DNA of 64,000 bases, from contig JBAZWR010000001.1 in assembly GCA_041660325.1 (NCBI GenBank), positions 702-64,701 of the forward strand, in the 5' to 3' direction. Below are positions 25,376 through 35,010 of this stretch, in pieces. Each line of letters starts with the position of its first letter. The first letter of the stretch is position 1. The stretch is from Thermodesulfovibrionales bacterium. Its GTDB lineage: Bacteria; Nitrospirota; Thermodesulfovibrionia; Thermodesulfovibrionales; SM23-35. The notes under the pieces are model-generated. The model was not told where the DNA came from, ran no database searches, and was given only the letters and a program-made list of their open reading frames with translations. A program made the position numbers and the translations under genes.

Positions 25376-28300
25376 TTATTTTTTCGGTTTGATTCCGTGA
25401 TACTCCTGAATCGACTTTATGTTCATCCGTTTCTTTTTCAGCATCTCTATGGCGTTTACTGCCGCGGTTGCACCCGATATGGTTGTCGTAAACGGCACCC
25501 TGTACTGAAGCGCGCTCTGTCTTATCGAAAACGAGTCTTTCTGTGCCTGCGCGCCGCTTACGGTGTTTATGACGAAGTGTATCTCCTTGTTCTTGATCTT
25601 ATCCACAATGTGGGGCCTGCCCTCTGCAACCTTATTCACAACCTCCACATCAAGACCGCGGTCTTTCAGATATTCGGCAGTCCCTTTGGTTGCGATGACC
25701 GAAATGCCGAGTTCAAGCATTTTTTTCACTATCGGAACGGAAGCAGGCTTGTCCTTATCTTTCAGGCTGATAAAGATCCTGCCTTCCAAAGGTATCCTGT
25801 TGCCGCAGGATATCTGGGATTTTCCAAAGGCAATGCCGAAATCCTTGTCTATACCCATTACCTCGCCGGTAGATTTCATCTCAGGGCCGAGGATGGAATC
25901 GACTCCGTGGAACCTGTCAAACGGAAAAACGGCTTCTTTCACCGCAATATGTTTGATATTTTTATCTTTCGTAACCCCTAATTCCTTTAATGTCCTGCCG
26001 ACTATAACCTTGGCGGCAAGCTTTGCCAATGGAACGCCGGTTGCCTTTCCGACAAAGGGGATTGTCCTTGATCCCCTTGGATTGACTTCAAGGATATAAA
26101 TGTCCTGATTCTTGACGGCGAACTGAACGTTCATAAGACCTATGACATTTAGTTCCCTGGCAAGGGCCTTTGTCTGGCGTTTTATATCTCTGACGATTTT
26201 TTTAGGCAGAGAATGCGGGGGAAGGGAACAGGCTGAATCGCCCGAGTGGATGCCCGCCTCCTCGATATGTTCCATAACGCCGCCGATGATTACATCTTTG
26301 CCGTCCGAGATAGCATCTACGTCTACTTCTATGGCGTCTTCAAGATATTTGTCCACGAGCACGGGATGCTCCGGAGAGGCCTTGACAGCCCTCTTCATAT
26401 ATTCACTGAGTGAATTCTCGTCATAGACGATCTCCATTGCCCTGCCGCCGAGCACATATGACGGCCTTACCATAACCGGATACCCGATCCTCCCGGCAGC
26501 GGACAAAGCCTCGTCAACCGACATCGCCGTATCGCTGTCGGCCTGGTTGAGGTTTAGTTTATGAAGGAGTTTTTTAAAGCGTCTCCTGTCCTCCGCCCTG
26601 TCAATAGAATCAGGCGAAGTGCCGAGGATTTTAACACCTTCCCTTTCAAGAGGCACTGCAAGTTTCAACGGAGTCTGGCCTCCGAACTGAACAATAACAC
26701 CTTCCGGTTTTTCGGCGTCTATAATGTTCAAAACATCTTCTATAGTTAAGGGTTCAAAATATAATCTGTCGGCAGTGTCATAGTCGGTGCTGACCGTCTC
26801 GGGATTGCAGTTGACCATAATCGTTTCATAACCGAGTTCTTTCAATGCAAACACTGCATGGACGCAGCAATAATCGAATTCAATGCCCTGGCCGATCCTG
26901 TTCGGACCCGAGCCGAGTATAATGACCTTTTTCCTGTCCGAGGGGTTGGCTTCGCACTCGACCAAAGGATGAAGGGTGAGGGATGAGGGATGAATTGTGT
27001 GAAATGGTATTTCATAAGTCGAATACAGATAAGGGGTGTAAGCGGCAAACTCTGCGGCGCAGGTATCGACCATCTTGTAAACAGCTTTTATGCTGTTCCG
27101 CTTTCTTAAATGCCTTATGTCGGCTTCCTGCAGATTGAGAAGTTGGGCAATCCTCCTGTCGGAGAACCCGAGCTGCTTGGCCTCCTTCAGCAAAGGCAGG
27201 AAGTTATGAAGATGAGAAGCCGGGAAGACCGGGTCAGGGTCCAAACTTCCGAACTTCCGGGCTTCCGCGGAAATTCGCCCTTCCATCTCTATAATCTGTC
27301 TTATATTCTCCAGAAACCACGGGTCGATCCATGTGAGATCATGGATTTCCTGAATGCTCATTCCCTCCCGCATTGCCTGTGCAATGTACCAGACCCTTTC
27401 AGCGTTAGGCGTCTTGAGTCTGGATTTAATAACGCTCATATCAGCCTGGACTTCTTCAAGACCGCGTGTTCCGATCTCGAGGCTCCTTATCGCCTTTTGG
27501 AGGGATTCTTTGAACGTCCTCCCGATTGCCATAACCTCGCCGACGGATTTCATCTGCGTAGTAAGGGTCGGGTCGGCTTCCGGGAATTTTTCAAAGGCAA
27601 ATCGGGGAAACTTTGTTACGACGTAATCTATCGTCGGTTCAAAAGAAGCCGGGGTTTCTCTTGTTATGTCATTCGGGATCTCATCGAGAGTCAACCCTAC
27701 TGCGAGCTTTGCCGCGATCTTTGCTATGGGGAAACCGGTCGCTTTCGATGCAAGGGCCGAGCTTCGTGAGACCCTTGGATTCATTTCTATAACTATCATT
27801 TTGCCGTTATCCCGGTTCAGGGCGAACTGGATGTTCGAACCGCCGGTATCGACCCCGATCTCGCGTATGATCGCGATAGACGCATCGCGCATCCTCTGGT
27901 ATTCTTTATCTGTAAGGGTTTGCGCGGGCGCAACAGTGATCGAGTCGCCGGTGTGGACCCCCATCGGATCAAAGTTCTCTATCGAACATATTATCACGAC
28001 ATTATCTTTCACATCCCGCATGACCTCAAGCTCGTACTCTTTCCAGCCGAGGGCGGACTCTTCCACCAGCACCTGCCTGACGGGACTGAGCTTTAACCCA
28101 TGCTCAAGCAATACCTGATATTCTTCTATGTTGTACGCAATGCCGCCTCCGGTCCCTCCAAGGGTAAAAGAAGGTCTGAGGATAGCCGGGAAACCTATAT
28201 ATTCGACCGCTTCAAGCCCGTCTTTCATAGACCCGATATGTGCGGATACCGGGACCTCAAGCCCGATCTTTTTCATGGCCTCTTTAAAAAGCTCTCTGTC

Positions 28301-28681
28301 TTCAGCCTTCCTGATAGCGTCAAGCTTTGCTCCGATGAGTTCAACCTTATATTTATCAAGTATGCCTTTTTCGGCAAGTTCGACAGCGAGGTTCAGTGCG
28401 GTCTGGCCGCCCATTGTAGGGAGGATGGCATCCGGTCTTTCTTTCTTTATTATCATTTCAAGGACTTCGGCAGTTAACGGCTCGATGTATGTTACATCGG
28501 CAGTCTCAGGGTCCGTCATGATGGTTGCGGGATTGGAATTGACCAGGACGACCTTATATCCCTCTTCCCTTAAAGCCTTGCAGGCCTGCGTGCCGGAATA
28601 GTCGAACTCACATGCCTGGCCGATGATGATAGGGCCGGAGCCTATGAGGAGTATTTTTTTGATATCAGTTCTTTTCGGCAT
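25376..28681 (-). CDS. carB: Carbamoyl-phosphate synthase large subunit
   Basis: The N-terminus [42 protein letters not shown] is CarB-like. Two ATP-grasp halves and a C-terminal MGS-like domain are present. Length is 1101 aa. Confidence 0.97.
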   Translation of the reverse strand: MPKRTDIKKILLIGSGPIIIGQACEFDYSGTQACKALREEGYKVVLVNSNPATIMTDPETADVTYIEPLTAEVLEMIIKKERPDAILPTMGGQTALNLAVELAEKGILDKYKVELIGAKLDAIRKAEDRELFKEAMKKIGLEVPVSAHIGSMKDGLEAVEYIGFPAILRPSFTLGGTGGGIAYNIEEYQVLLEHGLKLSPVRQVLVEESALGWKEYELEVMRDVKDNVVIICSIENFDPMGVHTGDSITVAPAQTLTDKEYQRMRDASIAIIREIGVDTGGSNIQFALNRDNGKMIVIEMNPRVSRSSALASKATGFPIAKIAAKLAVGLTLDEIPNDITRETPASFEPTIDYVVTKFPRFAFEKFPEADPTLTTQMKSVGEVMAIGRTFKESLQKAIRSLEIGTRGLEEVQADMSVIKSRLKTPNAERVWYIAQAMREGMSIQEIHDLTWIDPWFLENIRQIIEMEGRISAEARKFGSLDPDPVFPASHLHNFLPLLKEAKQLGFSDRRIAQLLNLQEADIRHLRKRNSIKAVYKMVDTCAAEFAAYTPYLYSTYEIPFHTIHPSSLTLHPLVECEANPSDRKKVIILGSGPNRIGQGIEFDYCCVHAVFALKELGYETIMVNCNPETVSTDYDTADRLYFEPLTIEDVLNIIDAEKPEGVIVQFGGQTPLKLAVPLEREGVKILGTSPDSIDRAEDRRRFKKLLHKLNLNQADSDTAMSVDEALSAAGRIGYPVMVRPSYVLGGRAMEIVYDENSLSEYMKRAVKASPEHPVLVDKYLEDAIEVDVDAISDGKDVIIGGVMEHIEEAGIHSGDSACSLPPHSLPKKIVRDIKRQTKALARELNVIGLMNVQFAVKNQDIYILEVNPRGSRTIPFVGKATGVPLAKLAAKVIVGRTLKELGVTKDKNIKHIAVKEAVFPFDRFHGVDSILGPEMKSTGEVMGIDKDFGIAFGKSQISCGNRIPLEGRIFISLKDKDKPASVPIVKKMLELGISVIATKGTAEYLKDRGLDVEVVNKVAEGRPHIVDKIKNKEIHFVINTVSGAQAQKDSFSIRQSALQYRVPFTTTISGATAAVNAIEMLKKKRMNIKSIQEYHGIKPKK

Positions 28682-29867
28682 AAACTCCCTCTATCAAATC
28701 TCTGAATCTTTTAAAAATATGCGCGGCGTCGTTCGGTCCCGGGCCTGCTTCCGGATGGTGCTGGACGGAAAATACCGGCAGTTCCACATGCTCCATGCCT
28801 TCTTCAGTCCCGTCGTAGAGGTTTTTATGGGTAAGTCTGACCCGGCCGTGAAGACTGTTGATATCAACGCAGTAGTTATGGTTCTGAGATGTTATCTCAA
28901 CCCTGCCGGTAACTAAATCCCTGACAGGATGGTTGCCGCCGTGATGGCCGAATTTCAGTTTATATGTCCTGCCGCCCATCGCAAGCCCGAGTATCTGATG
29001 TCCCAGGCAGATCCCGAAGACGGGCTTTTTGCCCATGAGCTTTTTTGCGTTCTCGATTGCATAGGTGACAGTCTCAGGGTCTCCCGGGCCGTTACTGAGG
29101 ATAACCCCATCAGGGTCCATCTCAAGCACCGCTTCCGCAGGGGTCTGTGCAGGCACAACTGTAACGTCAAACCCCGCGTCAACAAGATTCCGGAGGATGT
29201 TGAATTTGACTCCGAAGTCATAAACAACCACCCGTTTAAATACGGAGTGCGGAGTGCGGAGTGCGGAGTATTCCTTTTCAACTTCTTTTTCTTCCGGCTT
29301 CCATTTCCATGCTCCGGCTTGCCATTTATATATCTCTTTCGCCGTAACATCCCTGACTAAATCAAAGGCCGATATCCCCGGATGTTTTCTCACCTTTTTC
29401 AAAAGGCTTTCAGGATCAGGATCAACAGTCGAAATTATACCCATCCGGGCGCCGTGGTCCCTCAGATGCCTTGTCAATGCGCGAGTGTCTATATGTTCTA
29501 TGCCGACTATCCCATAAGCCTTTAAATAATCCCCTAACGAGTGTATGACTCCGCGCCCGGCGCTCCGCACTCCGCACTTTTCAGTCCTCCAGTTGCTCGG
29601 GAAATCGATATATTCCCTTACAATAAAACCCTCGACCTTTGGGCCGTTCAGAGATTCAATATCCTCTTCATTCACACCGTAGTTGCCCATCTGTGGATAG
29701 GTCATGTTTACGATCTGACCCCTGTATGAAGGATCGGTAAGTATCTCCTGATACCCTGTCATCGAGGTGTTGAAGACAACCTCGCCAAGCGTCTCTCCGC
29801 TTGCGCCGAAACTCTTTCCTTCAAAAACAATGCCGTCGGAAAGGACCAGCAGCGCCTTACCACTCAT
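28665..29867 (-). CDS. carA: Carbamoyl-phosphate synthase small (glutaminase) subunit
   Basis: The sequence [22 protein letters not shown]...[17 protein letters not shown] is CarA-like, with the GATase active site GICLGHQ. The start was moved to the MSGK ATG, although the ORF track extends to 29972. Confidence 0.95.
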   Translation of the reverse strand: MSGKALLVLSDGIVFEGKSFGASGETLGEVVFNTSMTGYQEILTDPSYRGQIVNMTYPQMGNYGVNEEDIESLNGPKVEGFIVREYIDFPSNWRTEKCGVRSAGRGVIHSLGDYLKAYGIVGIEHIDTRALTRHLRDHGARMGIISTVDPDPESLLKKVRKHPGISAFDLVRDVTAKEIYKWQAGAWKWKPEEKEVEKEYSALRTPHSVFKRVVVYDFGVKFNILRNLVDAGFDVTVVPAQTPAEAVLEMDPDGVILSNGPGDPETVTYAIENAKKLMGKKPVFGICLGHQILGLAMGGRTYKLKFGHHGGNHPVRDLVTGRVEITSQNHNYCVDINSLHGRVRLTHKNLYDGTEEGMEHVELPVFSVQHHPEAGPGPNDAAHIFKRFRDLIEGVYAEKN

Positions 29868-31140
29868 AGAGTTTTCCTTTGCAAAACGTGAATACAGGCA
29901 TTCCCTGTAATATCCTTCCTTCAAAAGGCGTGTTTTTACCTTTTGATACAAACCGTTCGGACTTAACCTCAAATTCTTTGTTCTCGTCTATCACGACCAA
30001 CTCCGCCTCGGAGCCGGGCTTTAGAAAGCCTTTATCAAGCCCGAGTATCTTTGCAGGGTTCATGGTCATCTTTTCAACGAGTTCTTTTATTCTCAGAACA
30101 CCTTCTCTTGCGAGCTGCAGGCTCAGGCTCAGCGCGGTTTCAAGTCCCGATATCCCGAAAGGGGCCATGTCAAAGGGTTGCAGTTTTTCATCAACATGAT
30201 GAGGCGCATGGTCGGTTGCAATAGCATCGATAGCGCCGTCCCTCAACCCCTCCTTTATAGCTTCTAAATCACGGCTTGTTCTTAGGGGGGGGGTAACCTT
30301 CGCGTTTGTGTTATATCCTTTAACGGCGTCCTCAGTGATACTGAAATAATGAGGACACGTTTCAGCAGTCACGTTTATCCCCCTTTGTTTGGCCTCTCTG
30401 ATAAGATGTACCGAACCGGCAGTTGATACATGGGCTATATGCAATCTTCCGCCTGTAAGCTCTGCCAGTAGGATATCCCTGAAAATCATTATCTGTTCAG
30501 CCTCTGCCGGGATCCCTTTTAGTCCGAGAGTTACGGACGTCAGTCCTTCGTTCATTACTCCGCCGTCTGAAAGGGTCAGATCTTCACTGTGCGAGATGAC
30601 CGGCACTTTGAAAGCCTTTGAATACTCAAGCGCCCTGCGCATCATGGCGCTGTTCATCACAGGCCGGCCGTCATCGGAGAAGGCAATACATCCCTCATTC
30701 TTCATCGTCCCTATCTCCGCAAGCTCTTCGCCTTTCTGGCCTTTGGTTATTGCGCCGATAGGATGAACGGTGCAGTGACCTTCCTGTTTAGCTTTTCTTA
30801 TGATGAATTCGGTAACGCTTGCATGGTCATTGACGGGGTTTGTATTCGGCATACAGCAGACGGTCGTAAAACCGCCTTTGACTGCAGCGAGAGTCCCGGT
30901 TCTTATCGTCTCCTTGTATTCAAACCCCGGCTCTCTCAGATGCACATGCATATCGATGAGACCGGGGACAATCAGAAGCCCGCTTGCGTCAATAATCCGG
31001 ACGTCGGATGATTGCGGTTTTTGCCCCATGCTCTTCATGTTTATTTCTTTTATCTTTCCGCTTTCTATATATATGTCCCCAACTCCGTCAATCCCCTGTG
31101 ACGGGTCAATAATATGTCCATTCCTTATTACGATATTCAT
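29857..31140 (-). CDS. pyrC: Dihydroorotase
   Basis: The sequence [17 protein letters not shown]...DHAPH sits within the pyr operon. Confidence 0.93.
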   Translation of the reverse strand: MNIVIRNGHIIDPSQGIDGVGDIYIESGKIKEINMKSMGQKPQSSDVRIIDASGLLIVPGLIDMHVHLREPGFEYKETIRTGTLAAVKGGFTTVCCMPNTNPVNDHASVTEFIIRKAKQEGHCTVHPIGAITKGQKGEELAEIGTMKNEGCIAFSDDGRPVMNSAMMRRALEYSKAFKVPVISHSEDLTLSDGGVMNEGLTSVTLGLKGIPAEAEQIMIFRDILLAELTGGRLHIAHVSTAGSVHLIREAKQRGINVTAETCPHYFSITEDAVKGYNTNAKVTPPLRTSRDLEAIKEGLRDGAIDAIATDHAPHHVDEKLQPFDMAPFGISGLETALSLSLQLAREGVLRIKELVEKMTMNPAKILGLDKGFLKPGSEAELVVIDENKEFEVKSERFVSKGKNTPFEGRILQGMPVFTFCKGKLYEW

Positions 31141-32057
31141 CTCTTGACTCCTGCAAGTAAATACATGACCGCCATTCTTACGGCAATACCGTTTGTAACC
31201 TGCTCAAGGATTACGGACTTCGGCCCGTCCGCAATTTCAGAGACGATTTCGATCCCACGGTTCATCGGCCCCGGGTGCATCACAATAGCATCGTCTTTTG
31301 CGAGGGAAAGCCGGTCCGTTGTCAGACACCAGTTTTTGGAATACTCTTCCGTTGACGGAAAGAACCCCTTGTCCTGTCTTTCCATCTGAATCCTGAGCAT
31401 CATCAGAACATCCACGCCCCTGACGCCGTCTTCCATATTATGAAAAATACCGACGCCGAGTTCTTCTATCTCTTTCGGTATCAGGGTCGGAGGACCGATC
31501 AGTCTCACCTTTGCGCCAAGTTTTGTCAAACAATATATATTCGACTTGGCAACCCTGCTATGGGCAATATCTCCCACGACTGCTATTTGAAGACCTTCGA
31601 TTTTACCCTTCTTTTCTTTTATAGTAAAGGCGTCAAGCAGCGCCTGTGTCGGATGCTCGTTCGTGCCGTCACCGGCATTGATAATAGACGCCTTCATTTT
31701 CTTTGCAAGAAGGTGCGGCGCCCCGGATGAGGAATGCCTGATGATGATAAAGTCCGCGCCAAGAGCCTGGACAGTGAGCGCCGTGTCAATCAGGCTTTCG
31801 CCCTTGACCACACTGCTTGTCGGGACCGAAAAATTAATAACATCCGTGCTTAGTCTTTTTGCGGCAAGCTCAAAGGACGTCCTTGTCCTGGTAGACGGCT
31901 CAAAGAAGAGATTGACGGTCGTCTTGCCCCGGAGGGCGGGGACCTTCTTGATATCCCTTCCGATAACATCCTTAAAACCTGCTGCGGTATCGAGGAAAAG
32001 GTATATCTCTTCCTTTGAAAGTTCCTTTATACCTAAAAGGTCTTTACTGTTTAGCAC
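31137..32057 (-). CDS. pyrB: Aspartate carbamoyltransferase catalytic subunit
   Basis: The motifs [21 protein letters not shown] and HPGPMNRG are present. Confidence 0.95.
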   Translation of the reverse strand: MLNSKDLLGIKELSKEEIYLFLDTAAGFKDVIGRDIKKVPALRGKTTVNLFFEPSTRTRTSFELAAKRLSTDVINFSVPTSSVVKGESLIDTALTVQALGADFIIIRHSSSGAPHLLAKKMKASIINAGDGTNEHPTQALLDAFTIKEKKGKIEGLQIAVVGDIAHSRVAKSNIYCLTKLGAKVRLIGPPTLIPKEIEELGVGIFHNMEDGVRGVDVLMMLRIQMERQDKGFFPSTEEYSKNWCLTTDRLSLAKDDAIVMHPGPMNRGIEIVSEIADGPKSVILEQVTNGIAVRMAVMYLLAGVKR

Positions 32058-32604
32058 TCTTTACTTCTCCGGCATCGGGTTTCTCAAGCATGACCCTGTC
32101 TTCAAACCCTTCTTCTTCAAACTGTACAATAACGGTTTCACTTGTTGAAGTAGGGATATTTTTGCCGACATAATCAGCCTTAACAGGCAATTCCCTGTGG
32201 CCTCTGTCTACCAGCACGGCAAGCTGAATCAGCGACGGTCTGCCTATGTCCATCAATGCATCCATCGCAGCCCTTATAGACCTGCCGGTAAAGAGGACGT
32301 CATCAACGAGAACTATCTTTAAATCCGTTACCTCAAAGGCAATTTCCGTCCTCCTGACCATAGGCTGTTCTTTTCGTATATTTAGATCGTCACGGTAAAA
32401 AGCTATATCGAGCGAACCGACCGATATGTCCTTCTTTTCGATCTGTTTTATTTTTGCCGCAAGCCTTTGCGCCAGTAAAACCCCGCCCCGCTGTATCCCG
32501 ACAAGACAGAGTTTTTCCATGCCCTTGTTTTTTTCAAGGATTTCATGGGCCATTCTTGTTATGGCCCTGTCGATGTTTTTTTTGTTCATTAATTCTTTAG
32601 GCAT
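32044..32604 (-). CDS. pyrR: Bifunctional pyrimidine operon regulator / uracil phosphoribosyltransferase PyrR
   Basis: The sequence [18 protein letters not shown]...[21 protein letters not shown] is PyrR-like. The start was set at MPKELMN, which has GGAG upstream, because the ORF-track start at 32673 lies inside the attenuator hairpin. Confidence 0.9.
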   Translation of the reverse strand: MPKELMNKKNIDRAITRMAHEILEKNKGMEKLCLVGIQRGGVLLAQRLAAKIKQIEKKDISVGSLDIAFYRDDLNIRKEQPMVRRTEIAFEVTDLKIVLVDDVLFTGRSIRAAMDALMDIGRPSLIQLAVLVDRGHRELPVKADYVGKNIPTSTSETVIVQFEEEGFEDRVMLEKPDAGEVKSAKQ

Positions 32605-32639
32605 ACTATTACAACTCCATGGGGACAATAAATAGGCAT

Positions 32640-32671
32640 AAAAAAGCCTTCCCCTCAATTGAGTGGAAGGC
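32640..32671 (-). terminator. Attenuator terminator in the pyrR leader
   Basis: The mRNA sense reads GCCUUCC acucaauugagg GGAAGGC UUUUUU, located 30-35 nt upstream of the pyrR start. Confidence 0.75.
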
Positions 32672-32714
32672 ATATCTCTTTTGTTAACCCTTGCAGCTCA
32701 CGCTGCCTCCTTTA

Positions 32715-32746
32715 CCTTTTCAGCCTCACAGGGCCGTCTTTAAAGG
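32715..32746 (-). promoter_or_regulatory. PyrR-binding (anti-antiterminator) RNA hairpin
   Basis: The mRNA sense CCUUUAAAGACGGCCCUGUGAGGCUGAAAAGG closely resembles the recalled B. subtilis binding loop UCCUUUAAAACAGUCCAGAGAGGCUGAGAAGGA. Confidence 0.7.
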
Positions 32747-32810
32747 TGAATTTATTAAAACACAAATCCGGTAAAGCTGTCAAATTCCACAATCCGGCGA
32801 AGGGTTAACC

Positions 32811-34295
32811 CTAACTTTGCTTCTCTTCCAGTTTGGCCTTGAGTATGTCTCCAAGACTACCGAGGCTGCCCGAGGCTTCAGCGGAGTTTTTTACGGATTC
32901 CCTATATTGGTTGAACTCATCCTGCGCCGCCTTTTCTATAATGTTTTTGCGGCTGAGGCCGACTTTATTGTTTGCAATATCCACATCGATTACGGTAACC
33001 TGCATCTTTGTGCCGGGAGGAAACATGCGTTTGTGGTCCGTGCCTGCAGGCGTTCCCATTTCAGGGTTGGGAATCAGTCCCGTTATCCCGTTATTTATCT
33101 TCAGAAAAATCCCGTAGGGCATTACCTTCTCAACGGTGCCTTCGAGGATTTCTCCCACAGCGGGAAGGGCAATCTTTGCAGGCTCAACCTTGGGCTGCAT
33201 CGAGAGAGAGAGCTTCCTGTTCTGTTGGTCCACTGAAAGAACATAGACCTCTACCCATTGTCCTGCCTCGACAACTTCCCTCGGATGGTTAATCCGCCTG
33301 CCTGCACCGAGATTAGAGATATGGACCAGGCCGTCAACCCCCGGTTCAAGCCTCACAAAAGCGCCGAAGGGGGCGAGACGGACAATGGAACCGCTTACCC
33401 TTGCGTCTACCGAATATTTTTCAGCGGCTGAAGCCCAGGGGTCCGGCTGCATTGCCTTTAAACTCAACGCGAGACGGTTGTTCTCCCAGTCTAAAGAGAT
33501 GATCTTTGCGGTTATGTTCTGCCCGATGGACAGCATATCAACAGGGTTTACATTCCTGTCCCATGACACTTCGCTCATGGGAATTAGACCGTCAATGCCT
33601 CCCAGGTCCACAAAAACCCCGAAATTCCGTATGGACTTTACTTCGACACTGACATCCATTCCTACTGCAAGCCTCTCCTTAAGCTTTTCGACCTTTGCTT
33701 CTTTCTCCTGTTCGAGGAGCGCTCTTCTGGAGAGGACTATTTTTTTCCCGTCTTCTCCGTATTCCAATATCTTAAAGGGGAATGTGCGGCCGAGATATCC
33801 GTCGCCTTCGTGTTGGCCCTTCATGTCGATCTGGGAAAAAGGACAGAAACATCTCACCCCGCCTACCGATACCTCAAAGCCTCCCTTGGTCTCCTGTTTT
33901 ACCTCGCCGTTCACCGGCGCCCCGGCCTCGTATGCGTCACTGATAGAGTTCAATGTTAAGGCCGAGTATCCGCCTATCATGGTTGTCAGTTTCATTAACC
34001 CGTCCTCGACGGTCACAAAAAATGCCTCTATCTCATCACCTTCCCGAACACCGGCTACTCCCTCTTTATCGATGAATTCGGTCAGATCCACGACCCCTTC
34101 ACTTTTCCCCCCGAGATTGATATACACACGGCCCCCCGATACACTTACGACCTTTGCTCTGACCTTCTGCCCGGGATAAAGTCTTTTACCCATAGTGTAT
34201 TGGTCGAGCATTGCAGCGAAGTTTTCTTCCTGCTCTTCCTTTAAATCCGTATTTTCAGTATCCGGGGGATTATTTTCGATATTCTCATCAAGCAT
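32811..34295 (-). CDS. Multi-S1-domain RNA-binding protein (ribosomal protein S1-like)
   Basis: An acidic N-terminus is followed by about five S1 repeats. Examples are GQKVRAKVVSVSGGRVYINLGGKSEGVV, GMDVSVEVKSIRNFGVFVDLGGIDGLIPMSEVS and VSGSIVRLAPFGAFVRLEPGVDGLVHISNL. Confidence 0.8.
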   Translation of the reverse strand: MLDENIENNPPDTENTDLKEEQEENFAAMLDQYTMGKRLYPGQKVRAKVVSVSGGRVYINLGGKSEGVVDLTEFIDKEGVAGVREGDEIEAFFVTVEDGLMKLTTMIGGYSALTLNSISDAYEAGAPVNGEVKQETKGGFEVSVGGVRCFCPFSQIDMKGQHEGDGYLGRTFPFKILEYGEDGKKIVLSRRALLEQEKEAKVEKLKERLAVGMDVSVEVKSIRNFGVFVDLGGIDGLIPMSEVSWDRNVNPVDMLSIGQNITAKIISLDWENNRLALSLKAMQPDPWASAAEKYSVDARVSGSIVRLAPFGAFVRLEPGVDGLVHISNLGAGRRINHPREVVEAGQWVEVYVLSVDQQNRKLSLSMQPKVEPAKIALPAVGEILEGTVEKVMPYGIFLKINNGITGLIPNPEMGTPAGTDHKRMFPPGTKMQVTVIDVDIANNKVGLSRKNIIEKAAQDEFNQYRESVKNSAEASGSLGSLGDILKAKLEEKQS

Positions 34296-34359
34296 GATTT
34301 ATTACCTCTCTATGAAAATTGGATAATTGATTTCTCAACGCGCAAACTACGGAAATGAA

Positions 34360-34457
34360 TGGCGGGAGTGTGTGGGAATCGAACCCACCCTGCCCGTTTG
34401 TAACAGGCAACATTGGATTTGAAGTCCAAGAGGGACACCGGAACCCTATACACTCCC
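34360..34457 (-). tRNA. selC: tRNA-Sec (anticodon UCA), with encoded CCA
   Basis: The RNA sense is GGGAGUGUAUAGGGUUCCGGUGUCCCUCUUGGACUUCAAAUCCAAUGUUGCCUGUUACAAACGGGCAGGGUGGGUUCGAUUCCCACACACUCCCGCCA. It has an 8-bp acceptor stem, an anticodon loop CUUCAAA, a long variable arm (GCCUG/CGGGC) and a T arm GUGGG-UUCGAUU-CCCAC. Confidence 0.9.
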
Positions 34458-34506
34458 GTTATGATACAATTATTTATAATATCATATTTAAGGGGTAATA
34501 AGGGGA

Positions 34507-34845
34507 ATGGTCGAACATTACACCTTTGGCAAAATAAAGATTGACGGTAAAACCTATACTTCTGACGTGATCATCTATACGGAAAGGGTCGATGCTTCCT
34601 GGTGGAGGAAAGAGGGGCATAATCTGCAGATTGAAGATCTGACGGGTGTTCTCAGGGCCGAGCCCGCGGTAGTGATAATCGGAACAGGTTTTTTCGGGGT
34701 AATGAAAGTATCGAAGGAAACCATTTCACATCTTGAAGCAAAGGGCATTATGGTTTATGTGGAGCGGACCGGAAAAGCGGTTGAGTTGTTCAACGAATTA
34801 CAAAAAAACAAAACAGTCATTGCAGCTTTACATCTGACCTGCTGA
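34507..34845 (+). CDS. Mth938-like domain protein (DUF498)
   Basis: The motifs FGKIKIDGKTYTSDVIIY, WWRKEGHNLQIEDL, VVIIGTGFFGVMKV and a terminal ALHLTC are present. Confidence 0.75.
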   Translation: MVEHYTFGKIKIDGKTYTSDVIIYTERVDASWWRKEGHNLQIEDLTGVLRAEPAVVIIGTGFFGVMKVSKETISHLEAKGIMVYVERTGKAVELFNELQKNKTVIAALHLTC

Positions 34846-35010
34846 GTTGTAAATAACACTAACCCGTCTTTCTCAAAGGAGGGGACCCGAAAGTCTTTAA
34901 CTTATACGGTGATTAGACAATTGTTATAAAATGTGATATAAGAATTATAAGTAAACCGTTGGGGGGAAAGTCTGCAATGCTTTCAACAGACACTCACACA
35001 GGAGGCGGTT

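Noticed and set aside
25367-28601. Numerous 60-220-aa ORFs on the plus strand, antisense to carB (e.g. 25367-25981, 25563-26099, 27110-27769, 27666-28118, 28128-28601).
   Set aside because: They lie entirely inside a highly conserved, full-length carB. Their composition is low-complexity (Ser/Arg/Leu/Pro-rich), which is typical of shadow frames. The same reasoning applies to the antisense ORFs inside pyrC, pyrB, the S1 gene, the kinases, bamA and others.
29243-29270. The heptamer arrays in carA and carB as CRISPR-like or minisatellite loci.
   Set aside because: Each array is only 28 bp with no spacers, and all lie inside conserved ORFs. No CRISPR array and no cas genes are visible anywhere in the window.
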